Below are positions 7,525 through 16,252 of a DNA stretch of 32,000 bases, piece after piece. Position numbers and translations under genes: made by a program. The notes beneath the pieces are model-generated. The model made no database searches. It had not been told where the DNA came from and was given only the letters and a program-made list of their open reading frames with translations. The DNA comes from Halorhodospira halophila SL1 (GTDB lineage: Bacteria; Pseudomonadota; Gammaproteobacteria; Nitrococcales; Halorhodospiraceae). Each line of letters starts with the position of its first letter. The stretch's first letter is position 1. The stretch lies in contig NC_008789.1 in the NCBI RefSeq assembly GCF_000015585.1, positions 2,580,001 through 2,612,000 on the forward strand, given 5' to 3'.

Positions 7525-10500
7525 ATGTTCAGCAAGGTCCTCATCGCCAACCGTGGTGCCATCGCCTGTCGGATCATCCGCACCCTGCGCCGGCTGGGCG
7601 TGGCCTCGGTGGCCGTCTACTCCGAGGCGGACCGCCACTCCCTCCACGTCCGCCAGGCGGACCAGGCGGTCTGCATCGGCCCGCCGAGCGCCGCCGAGTC
7701 GTACCTGAACGACGGCGCCATCCTCGCGGCCGCGCAGCAGACCGGTGCCGAGGCCATCCACCCCGGCTACGGCTTCCTGTCGGAGAACGACGCCTTCGCC
7801 GAGGCCTGCGAGGCGGCGGGCATCGCCTTCATCGGACCGACGCCGCAGCAGATGCGCGACTTCGGCCTCAAGCACACCGCCCGCGCCCTGGCCGAGGCCA
7901 GTGACGTGCCCATGCTGCCGGGGACCGGACTACTCGACAGCATGGACGAGGCCGTGGCGGAGGCCGCCCGGATCGGCTATCCGGTGATGCTCAAGAGCAC
8001 CGCCGGCGGCGGCGGGATCGGCATGCAGCTCTGCCACGACGCAGCCGCCCTGCGCGAGGCCTACGACTCGGTGCGCCGGCTTTCGGCGAACAACTTCTCC
8101 AACGACGGGCTGTTCCTGGAGAAGTACGTCGAGCACGGGCGGCACATCGAGGTGCAGCTCTTCGGCGATGGATGCGGCACGGTCATCGCCCTCGGCGAGC
8201 GCGACTGCTCGCTGCAGCGGCGCAACCAGAAGGTGGTCGAAGAGACCCCCGCCCCCGGCCTCGACGCGGACACCCGCCAGGCCCTGCTGGACGCCGCCGA
8301 GCGGTTGGGCCGGCAGGTGGCGTACCGCAGCGCCGGGACCGTGGAGTACATCCTGGATGCCGATACCGGGGCCTTCTACTTCCTGGAGATGAACACCCGG
8401 CTGCAGGTCGAGCACGGAGTCACCGAGGCGGTGACCGGCATCGACCTGGTCGGGTGGATGGTGGAAGCCGCCGCGGGCACCCTCACCGACCTCGCAGCCC
8501 GCCGCCCCGGGCACCGCGGCCACGCCATCCAGGCCCGCCTCTACGCCGAGGACCCGGGCAAGGGCTTCCAGCCGGCCACCGGCCTGCTTACCGAGGTCCG
8601 CTTCCCGGACGCGGCGCGCATCGAGACCTGGGTGGAGCGCGGCAGCGAGATCTCGCCGCACTACGACCCGATGATCGCTAAGCTGATCGTCCACGGGACG
8701 GATCGCGCCGATGCGCTGCAGCGCCTGCGCCAGGCGCTGGGCGAGACCGCGCTGCACGGCGTCGAGACCAACCTGCCCTATCTGCGCGCGATCGCCGAGG
8801 ATGAAACCTTCGCCGCCGGCCGGGCCACCACCCGCTACCTGGATCGCTTCACCTACCGCCCGGCAAGCATCGATGTCCTCCAGCCCGGCACCCAGACCAC
8901 GGTCCAGGACTGGCCGGGGCGGGTGGGTTATTGGGAGGTGGGCGTCCCGCCCTCGGGCCCCATGGACGCCCTGGCCTTTCGTCTGGGTAACCGCATCGTC
9001 GGCAACCCGGAAGGGGCCGCCGGTCTGGAGATGACCGCCAGCGGCGCCACCCTGCAGTTCAACACCGCCACCACCATCGCCCTGACCGGCGCGACCATGC
9101 CCGCCGAGCTGGACGGCAGCCCTGTCCCACCCTGGCAGGCGGTGGCCGTGCCCGCCGGGGCCCGGCTCCGGCTCGGCAGCGCCGCAGGCCCGGGGGTGCG
9201 CACCTACCTGCTGCTCCGCGGCGGGGTCGACGTCCCCTTGCACCTGGGCAGCCGCGCCACCTTCACGCTCGGGCGGATGGGCGGCCACGGCGGCCGCGCC
9301 CTGCAGACCGGTGATGTCCTGCACCTCGGCCCGGAACCGGACCGGCCGCTCACCGCCCTGCCCGCCAACGGCGTCCCTGCCTACGGCGAAGAGTGGACCC
9401 TCCGCGCCGTCTACGGCCCCCACGGCGCCCCGGACTTCTTCACCGAGGCGGATATCGACACGTTCTTCACCACCGCCTGGCAGGTGCACTACAACTCCAG
9501 CCGCACCGGCGTGCGGCTGATTGGCCCCAAACCGGAGTGGGCACGGGCGGACGGCGGTGAGGCGGGCCTGCATCCATCGAACATCCACGACAACGCCTAC
9601 GCCATTGGCACCGTGGACTTCACCGGCGACATGCCGGTGATCCTCGGCCCCGACGGCCCGAGCCTGGGCGGCTTCGTCTGTCCGGCCACCATCGTCACCG
9701 CCGACCTGTGGAAGATCGGCCAGCTGCGCCCCGGCGATCGGGTCCGCTTCCAGGCGGTTGATGCGGCCACCGGACAGCGTCTGGCCGAGGCGCAGGATGC
9801 GGCCATCGCCCAGGGCGCCCCGGCCGACCCGCCGCTACCCGACTCCGTGTCCGGGCGGGTGGCGCCGACCCTGCGCCCCCAGGCCACCGCGGCCGAAGCG
9901 GTGACCGTCACCTACCGCAGCGCCGGGGAGCGCTACCTGCTGGTGGAGTACGGCCCCATCGTGCTGGACCTGAACCTGCGCTTCCGTGTCCAGGCCCTGC
10001 TGGAGTGGCTGAGCGAGCAGGCCATCCCCGGCATCCTGGAGATGACTCCCGGGGTGCGCAGCCTGCAGATCCACTACGAGCCACGCCGCCTGCCCCAGGA
10101 GCGGCTGCTGACGATCCTCGAGGAGGCCGAGGGGGAGCTGCGCGACCTCGCCGAGGCCGAGATGCCCTCACGTATCGTCCACCTCCCGCTGGCCTGGGAC
10201 GACTCCCAGACCCGGCTGGCCACGGAGAAGTACATGCAGTCGGTGCGCGCCGATGCCCCCTGGTGCCCCCATAACATCGAGTTCATTCGGCGCATCAACG
10301 GCCTGCCGGACGAGGCCGCGGTCAAGCGGACCGTCTACGACGCCTCGTACCTGGTCATGGGCCTCGGCGACGTCTACCTCTCGGCCCCCCTGGCCACCCC
10401 GGTGGATCCGCGCCACCGGCTGGTGACCACCAAGTACAACCCGGCCCGCACCTGGACACCGGAGAACGCCGTGGGGATCGGCGGCTCGTACCTGTGCATC

Positions 10501-11127
10501 TACGGCATGGAGGGGCCCGGGGGCTACCAGTTCGTGGGCCGCACACTGCAGATCTGGAATCGCTACCACGTCACCCCGGCCTTCGAGAAACCCTGGCTGC
10601 TGCGCTTCTTCGATCAGATCCGCTTCTATGAGGTCAGCGAGGCGGAACTGCTGGAGATGCGCGACGCCTTCCCCCGCGGCGGACTGGCGCTGGAGATCGA
10701 GGAGACCACCTTCTCGCTGCAGCGCTATAACCGCTTCCTGCGCGAGAACCAGGCCTCCATCGAGGCGTTCAAGGCCCACCAGCAGCAGGCCTTCGAGGCC
10801 GAGCGGCAGCGCTGGATCGCCAACGGCCAGGCCGACTACGAAGCCGAGAGCGAGCCGCCCCCGGCAGCGGGTGAAGGCGTCGAGCTCGGCGCCGACGAGC
10901 AGGCCGTCGCGGCCCATGTGCACGCCAACCTCTGGTCGCTGCAGGTGGCGGAGGGCGAGACCGTGGAGGCCGGCCAGACCCTGCTGGTCCTGGAGTCGAT
11001 GAAGATGGAGATCCCCCTCTGCGCCGATCAGGCGGGCACCGTGCGCCGGCTGCTGTGCCGCGAAGGGGCCCAGGTGGCCCCGGGACAGACCCTGCTGACC
11101 CTGACCAGCGACGGGAGTACACCATGA
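7525..11127 (+). CDS. Biotin-dependent urea carboxylase family enzyme; probably a guanidine carboxylase given the riboswitch
   Basis: 1200 aa. N-terminal biotin carboxylase/ATP-grasp (MFSKVLIANRGAIACRIIRT, YPVMLKSTAGGGGIGM), central KipA/KipI-like carboxyltransferase region, and C-terminal biotinyl domain with the LESMKMEI motif (Lys codon 11002-11004). Confidence 0.9.
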   Translation: MFSKVLIANRGAIACRIIRTLRRLGVASVAVYSEADRHSLHVRQADQAVCIGPPSAAESYLNDGAILAAAQQTGAEAIHPGYGFLSENDAFAEACEAAGIAFIGPTPQQMRDFGLKHTARALAEASDVPMLPGTGLLDSMDEAVAEAARIGYPVMLKSTAGGGGIGMQLCHDAAALREAYDSVRRLSANNFSNDGLFLEKYVEHGRHIEVQLFGDGCGTVIALGERDCSLQRRNQKVVEETPAPGLDADTRQALLDAAERLGRQVAYRSAGTVEYILDADTGAFYFLEMNTRLQVEHGVTEAVTGIDLVGWMVEAAAGTLTDLAARRPGHRGHAIQARLYAEDPGKGFQPATGLLTEVRFPDAARIETWVERGSEISPHYDPMIAKLIVHGTDRADALQRLRQALGETALHGVETNLPYLRAIAEDETFAAGRATTRYLDRFTYRPASIDVLQPGTQTTVQDWPGRVGYWEVGVPPSGPMDALAFRLGNRIVGNPEGAAGLEMTASGATLQFNTATTIALTGATMPAELDGSPVPPWQAVAVPAGARLRLGSAAGPGVRTYLLLRGGVDVPLHLGSRATFTLGRMGGHGGRALQTGDVLHLGPEPDRPLTALPANGVPAYGEEWTLRAVYGPHGAPDFFTEADIDTFFTTAWQVHYNSSRTGVRLIGPKPEWARADGGEAGLHPSNIHDNAYAIGTVDFTGDMPVILGPDGPSLGGFVCPATIVTADLWKIGQLRPGDRVRFQAVDAATGQRLAEAQDAAIAQGAPADPPLPDSVSGRVAPTLRPQATAAEAVTVTYRSAGERYLLVEYGPIVLDLNLRFRVQALLEWLSEQAIPGILEMTPGVRSLQIHYEPRRLPQERLLTILEEAEGELRDLAEAEMPSRIVHLPLAWDDSQTRLATEKYMQSVRADAPWCPHNIEFIRRINGLPDEAAVKRTVYDASYLVMGLGDVYLSAPLATPVDPRHRLVTTKYNPARTWTPENAVGIGGSYLCIYGMEGPGGYQFVGRTLQIWNRYHVTPAFEKPWLLRFFDQIRFYEVSEAELLEMRDAFPRGGLALEIEETTFSLQRYNRFLRENQASIEAFKAHQQQAFEAERQRWIANGQADYEAESEPPPAAGEGVELGADEQAVAAHVHANLWSLQVAEGETVEAGQTLLVLESMKMEIPLCADQAGTVRRLLCREGAQVAPGQTLLTLTSDGSTP

Positions 11128-12914
11128 CCCCGCTGACCGTGACCGAACTGCTGGCGGCCTACCGCAACGGCACCCGCAACCTCCGCGACGAGCTGGCCCG
11201 GGCCCGGGCGGCCGCCCTGGCCGACCACCACCACGCCTGGATCCGGGTCCTGGACGAAGACCAACTGGCGGCGTACACCCGCCCCCTGGAGGACCGCGAT
11301 CCGGCGGAGCTGCCGCTCTACGGCGTGCCCTTCGCCATCAAGGACAACATCGACCTGGCCGGCGTCCCCACCACCGCCGGCTGCCCCGACTACGCCTACA
11401 CCCCGGAGACGTCGGCCTTCGTCGTCCAGCGACTGATCGATGCCGGGGCGGTGCCCGTCGGCAAGACCAACCTGGATCAGTTCGCCACCGGTCTGGTCGG
11501 CACGCGTTCGCCCTACGGCGCCTGCCCCAACGCCTTCCACCGGGATTACATCGCCGGTGGCTCCAGCTCCGGCTCGGCGCTGGCCACCGCCCTCGGCCAG
11601 GTGCCCTTCGCCCTGGGCACCGACACCGCCGGATCGGGACGGGTCCCGGCGGCCTTCAACAATCTGATCGGCCTCAAGCCCACCTGCGGCCGCCTGAGCA
11701 CCCGCGGGGTGGTGCCGGCCTGCCGCAGCCTCGATACGGTATCGATCTTCGCCGGCACCGCCAGCGACGCCGGGCACATCCTGGCCGCTGCCGGCGCCTA
11801 CGACGCCACCGACCCCTACGCCCGCCGGGCGCAACCGCCCGCCCTCGGGCCGGGGCGGATCCCGGCCCACGGCTTCCGCTTTGCCGTACCGCCGAGCGAG
11901 CAGTGCGCCTTCTTCGGCAACGAGGCCACGCCGGGGCTCTTCGAACGCGCCGTGGCGCGGCTGCAGGCCTTGGGCGGTGTGGCGGTGGAGCGGGATTTCA
12001 GCCCCTTCCTCGAGGCCGCGCGGCTCCTCTACGAGGGCCCCTGGGTGGCGGAGCGCTACGCCGCCATCCGCGACTTCATCGATCGACAGCCGGAGAGCCT
12101 GCTGCCGGTCACACGGCAGATCATTGGCGCCGGCAGCCAACCACTGGCCGCCGACGCCTTCGAGGCCGCCTACCGCCTGCAGGCCCTGCGCCGGCAAGCC
12201 GAGACGACCTGGGAAGAGGTGGACCTGGCCATCACCCCCACCGCCGGGACCCTGCCCAGCCAGGCAGCCGTGGCCGCCGAGCCGGTGGCACGCAACAGCG
12301 AACTCGGCTACTACACCAACTTCATGAACCTCCTCGACTGCAGCGCGGTAGCGGTACCGGCCGGGTTCCAGGACAACGGCCTGCCATTCGGGGTCACCCT
12401 CTTCGCCCCGGCGTTCTACGACACCGACCTGCTGAGCCTGGCCGGGCAGCTGCAGGCGGCCCTTGTGAACCGCCTGGGCGCCACCGGGCGCCCGCTGCCC
12501 CCCACCGAGCCACCACCGTGCGCGCCGGGGCACGCCGTCGAACTGGCCGTCTGCGGCGCGCACCTCAGCGGGCTGCCACTGAACCACCAGCTCACCGAGC
12601 GCCGCGGCCGCCATCTGGCGACCATGCACACCGCCCCCCGCTATCGGCTCTACGCCCTGCCCGGCAGCGAACCACAGCGCCCCGGCCTGGTCCGCGACCG
12701 CCGGGATGGCGCCGCCATCGAGGTGGAGGTGTGGAGCCTGCCGGCGCAGGAGGTCGCCGGCTTCATGGCCGGAATCGCCGCACCGCTGGGCATCGGCCGG
12801 GTGGAACTGGCCGACGGGCGCTGGATCCCGGGTTTCCTCTGTGAATCCGCGGCGACCGAGGGCGCCGAGGAGATCACCCACCTGGGCGGCTGGCGGCGCT
12901 ACGTGAGCGGGTAA
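11124..12914 (+). CDS. Allophanate hydrolase (amidase-signature family)
   Basis: 596 aa with the amidase signature GGSSSGSA and the KDNIDLAGVPTTAG motif, plus the allophanate-hydrolase-type C-terminal domain. ATGA overlap with the carboxylase stop. Confidence 0.9.
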   Translation: MTPLTVTELLAAYRNGTRNLRDELARARAAALADHHHAWIRVLDEDQLAAYTRPLEDRDPAELPLYGVPFAIKDNIDLAGVPTTAGCPDYAYTPETSAFVVQRLIDAGAVPVGKTNLDQFATGLVGTRSPYGACPNAFHRDYIAGGSSSGSALATALGQVPFALGTDTAGSGRVPAAFNNLIGLKPTCGRLSTRGVVPACRSLDTVSIFAGTASDAGHILAAAGAYDATDPYARRAQPPALGPGRIPAHGFRFAVPPSEQCAFFGNEATPGLFERAVARLQALGGVAVERDFSPFLEAARLLYEGPWVAERYAAIRDFIDRQPESLLPVTRQIIGAGSQPLAADAFEAAYRLQALRRQAETTWEEVDLAITPTAGTLPSQAAVAAEPVARNSELGYYTNFMNLLDCSAVAVPAGFQDNGLPFGVTLFAPAFYDTDLLSLAGQLQAALVNRLGATGRPLPPTEPPPCAPGHAVELAVCGAHLSGLPLNHQLTERRGRHLATMHTAPRYRLYALPGSEPQRPGLVRDRRDGAAIEVEVWSLPAQEVAGFMAGIAAPLGIGRVELADGRWIPGFLCESAATEGAEEITHLGGWRRYVSG

Positions 12915-12967
12915 GGCGGTGGTACCATGCCGGCGTTCGCCGGCTACCGCACGCTGAAAGGCCCGCA

Positions 12968-14083
12968 GTGAGAGTCCTGTACCTGTTCGACACCACCGAC
13001 CGCGCCGAGAGCGAGAGCGTCATCGAGATGGCCAGCCACGGCGTGGTCCCGACCATCGTCTGCCAGCCGGATGCGCCCATGCGCGGCCGCTTCGAGGCGG
13101 CCGGGCTGGAGGTCATCCCGGTCGCCATGCGCAGCAAGGCGGACCGGGCAGCCATCGCCGCGCTGCGCCGGCTGCGCCGGGAACGGACCTTCGACCTGGT
13201 GCACGCCTACTACAAGATCGCCCTGACCAACTACAACCTGGCGGCGGTCGGGCTGCCCCGGGTGCCGGTGGTGGCCTACCGGGGGATCATCGGCAATCTG
13301 AGCTACTGGGACCCGTTCTCCTGGCTCTCCTTCCTCGACCCGCGCATCGAGCGCATCGTCTGCGTCTGCGAGGCCATCCGCCGGTACTTCCTGGACAAAC
13401 CCTTCCTGCCCGGGACCCGGCTGTTCCGTCCGGAGCGGGTGGTGACCATCCACAAGGGCCACCGCCCGGCGTGGTACCAGCAGCCCGACGCCCGCCTGCC
13501 CGCCGACCTGGCCATCCCGCAGGGCGCACCGGTCATCGGCTGTGTGGCCCGGATGAAGAAGCGCAAGGGCATCGTCGAGCTGATCCGCGCCTTCGAGCAG
13601 ATCCCCGCCGAGCACAACGCCCACCTGGTGCTGATCGGCCCCATCGAGTACCCCGCCATCGAGCAGGCGGCGGCCCACAGCCCGGCGGCGGATCGCATCC
13701 GCATCACCGGCTACCGGGCCGATGCGCCCAAGATCGCCGGCGCCTTCGACATCGCCACCCTGCCCTCCCTGCGGCGCGAGGGCCTGCCGCGGGCGATCAT
13801 CGAGGCCATGGCGCAGGGCATCCCGGCGGTGGTCTCGGACTCCGGCGGCAACCCGGAGCTGGTCGAGGACGGCGTCAGCGGCCGGGTCACCCCGGCGGGC
13901 GATGTGGACGCGCTCGCCGCAGCCCTGCGCGAACTGGTCGCCGACCCGGCGCTGCGGGGTCGTCTGGGGGCCGCCGCCCACGAGCGCATCGCCACCCGCT
14001 TGACCGTCGAGCGCACGGCGCGGGAGACGCTGGCCCTTTACGCCGGCGTGCTCGGCCAACGCTCGGGCGAGCCGGCGGCCTGA
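12968..14083 (+). CDS. Glycosyltransferase, family 4 (GT-B fold)
   Basis: GTG start (MRVLYLFD...) with AAAGG upstream. C-terminal EX7E-type region REGLPRAIIEAMAQGIPAVVSDSGGNPELVEDGVSGRV. Confidence 0.8.
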   Translation: MRVLYLFDTTDRAESESVIEMASHGVVPTIVCQPDAPMRGRFEAAGLEVIPVAMRSKADRAAIAALRRLRRERTFDLVHAYYKIALTNYNLAAVGLPRVPVVAYRGIIGNLSYWDPFSWLSFLDPRIERIVCVCEAIRRYFLDKPFLPGTRLFRPERVVTIHKGHRPAWYQQPDARLPADLAIPQGAPVIGCVARMKKRKGIVELIRAFEQIPAEHNAHLVLIGPIEYPAIEQAAAHSPAADRIRITGYRADAPKIAGAFDIATLPSLRREGLPRAIIEAMAQGIPAVVSDSGGNPELVEDGVSGRVTPAGDVDALAAALRELVADPALRGRLGAAAHERIATRLTVERTARETLALYAGVLGQRSGEPAA

Positions 14084-16141
14084 TCACCCCCGTCCGCGGC
14101 CCTTGCCACCCACCGGGGCGTCGATCATCTCGTCGTGCGCCTCCGTCGCCCACGGCAGCGTGGCCGGCGCCGAGTCGAGGAACTGCAGATAGCTCTCGAA
14201 GTGATCGAGGACGTCGTCGATGATCTCCTGCTCGTTGTACTCGTAGACGCTGTACGACTGCCCGCCCCGGCGCAGGTAGACCTCCGGGCGGTAGTAGACC
14301 TCAGCCGGTCCGCCCGAGGGATCGATGGACGGGTAGGCGAAGGCCGGACGCGGGCGCTCGGTCAGGCGCACGTCGTAGAGGAAGTCCATCAACCCGTCGC
14401 GGTGTACCGCTAGGTAGACCCGTCCGTGATCCTCATCGAGCACCACTTTGGCCGGCCAGCCGCGCTGGTCGAGGGCCTTCTGAACGTGCTCCAGGGCCTG
14501 CACCACCGGGCCGCGGATGAATGCCATCACGTCGTCGCGGGTGGGGAAGTCGAACAGCTCGTAGAGCCGCTTCTTCCACAGCAGCGTACCGTAGCGCTGG
14601 CGGCGCTGGACGTGATTCTGCAGGCTGGTGTCGTGGTGGCTCTCGATGATCAGGGCCCGCCATAGCCCACCGGCAGCGATGAGCATGATCACCGCGAACG
14701 GCAGGGCACTGGTCACCGCCATGGTCTGCAGCGCCGCCAATCCGCCGGCGATGAGCAGCACCGCCGCCACCGCGCCCTCGAGCACCGCCCAGAAGACCCG
14801 CTGCCAGACCGGCGTCACCGACGCGCCGCCGGAGGCGAGCTGATCGATGACCAGCGAGCCGGAGTCCGACGAGGTGACGAAGAAGGTCATGATCAGGATC
14901 ACGGTGACGAACGACGCCAGGGCACTCCACGGCAGGATGTCGTAGAGCTGGAACAGGGCCACCGCCTCGTCCTCCTGCACAAGGCCGATGAGCTGCTCGT
15001 AGCCCTCGTTCATGATCAGGTTCAGGCCGGTGCCGCCGAAGATCGAGAACCACAGGAAGGTGAAGAGCGTCGGCACCAGCATCACGCCGACGACGAACTG
15101 GCGGATGGTCCGCCCGCGGCTGATCTTGGCGATGAACATGCCCACGAACGGCGCCCAGGCGATGGTCCAGCCGAAGATGAACAGCGTCCAGTTGCCGATC
15201 CACTCCCGCCGCTCGTAGGCCTCGAGATTGAAGGTGCGCTCGACGATGCCGCTGACGTAGCTGCCGGTGTTCTGCAGGAAGGTCTCCACGATCAGGATCG
15301 ACGGGCCGACCAGGAAGACGAAGAGCATCAGCGCTGCGGCGAGGATCATGTTGAGGATCGACAGCCGCTTGATGCCCTTGTCCAGGCCGGCGACCACGGA
15401 GATGGTCGCCAGCGCCGTAATCACCGCGATGACGATGACCTGCACCGTGGTGCTGGTGGGGATCGACGGCCACAGGTAGTTGAGCCCGGCGTTGATCTGC
15501 GCCACCGACAGCCCCAGCGTGGTGGCGATGCCGAACAGCGTGCCGAGGATGGCGAAGACATCCACCGTATGGCCGATGGGCCCGTAGATGCGATCGCCGA
15601 TCAGCGGGTAGAGCGCCGAACGGATCGACAGCGGCAGGCCGTGGCGGAACGAGAAGTACGCCAGCACCAACCCCACCAGGCCGTAGATGGCCCAGATGTG
15701 GAAGCCCCAGTGGAAGAAGGCGATCTGCATCGCCTGGCGCGCCGCCTCAATCGTCTCCGGCTCACCCCGGGGCGGATCGGCGTAGTGGAGCACCGGCTCG
15801 GCCACGCCGAAGAAGAGCAGCACGATCCCGTAGCCCGCCGAGAAGAGCATGGCGAACCACGCGGGGAAGCTGTACTGCGGCTCGCCGTGCTCCGGCCCGA
15901 GCTTGATATGGCCCCACCGGGTGAAGGCAACCGCCACCAGAAAGACCAGGAACGCCGCCACCGCCAGCATGTAGAACCAGCCGAAGGTCTCGGTGATGAA
16001 GGCGAGCAAGTCCTCGAAGAACGCCCCGGCCAGGTCCGGGCTGCTGATCGCCCCGATGATCAGCAGCAGCGCAACAGCGATGGCGGGGAAGAAGACCGGG
16101 GCGAGGATGGTGGTGCGGAAGGCGCGCTTGCGATCGATCAT
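14084..16141 (-). CDS. BCCT-family osmolyte transporter (BetT-like, with a ~170-aa cytoplasmic C-terminal domain)
   Basis: 685 aa with 12 predicted TM segments and the BCCT signature region WTLFIFGWTIAWAPFVGMFIAKISRGRTIRQF. The stop codon abuts the GT4 stop (TGATCA). Confidence 0.9.
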   Translation of the reverse strand: MIDRKRAFRTTILAPVFFPAIAVALLLIIGAISSPDLAGAFFEDLLAFITETFGWFYMLAVAAFLVFLVAVAFTRWGHIKLGPEHGEPQYSFPAWFAMLFSAGYGIVLLFFGVAEPVLHYADPPRGEPETIEAARQAMQIAFFHWGFHIWAIYGLVGLVLAYFSFRHGLPLSIRSALYPLIGDRIYGPIGHTVDVFAILGTLFGIATTLGLSVAQINAGLNYLWPSIPTSTTVQVIVIAVITALATISVVAGLDKGIKRLSILNMILAAALMLFVFLVGPSILIVETFLQNTGSYVSGIVERTFNLEAYERREWIGNWTLFIFGWTIAWAPFVGMFIAKISRGRTIRQFVVGVMLVPTLFTFLWFSIFGGTGLNLIMNEGYEQLIGLVQEDEAVALFQLYDILPWSALASFVTVILIMTFFVTSSDSGSLVIDQLASGGASVTPVWQRVFWAVLEGAVAAVLLIAGGLAALQTMAVTSALPFAVIMLIAAGGLWRALIIESHHDTSLQNHVQRRQRYGTLLWKKRLYELFDFPTRDDVMAFIRGPVVQALEHVQKALDQRGWPAKVVLDEDHGRVYLAVHRDGLMDFLYDVRLTERPRPAFAYPSIDPSGGPAEVYYRPEVYLRRGGQSYSVYEYNEQEIIDDVLDHFESYLQFLDSAPATLPWATEAHDEMIDAPVGGKGRGRG

Positions 16142-16252
16142 GGGCCCTGCTCTTGGTGGCCGGGGTCAGCCGTCCGACGCGGGCCCACGCATGCTGCTCG
16201 GGGGCGGCAGCCAGACCGGCTCTTTAGGCAGATTAGGCCCATTGCCGGGGGA

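Noticed and set aside
12929-12944. Hairpin GCCGGCG-TT-CGCCGGC between allophanate hydrolase and the GT4 gene, considered as the operon terminator.
   Set aside because: It has only 7 bp, a 2-nt loop and no U-tract, which is too weak to call.
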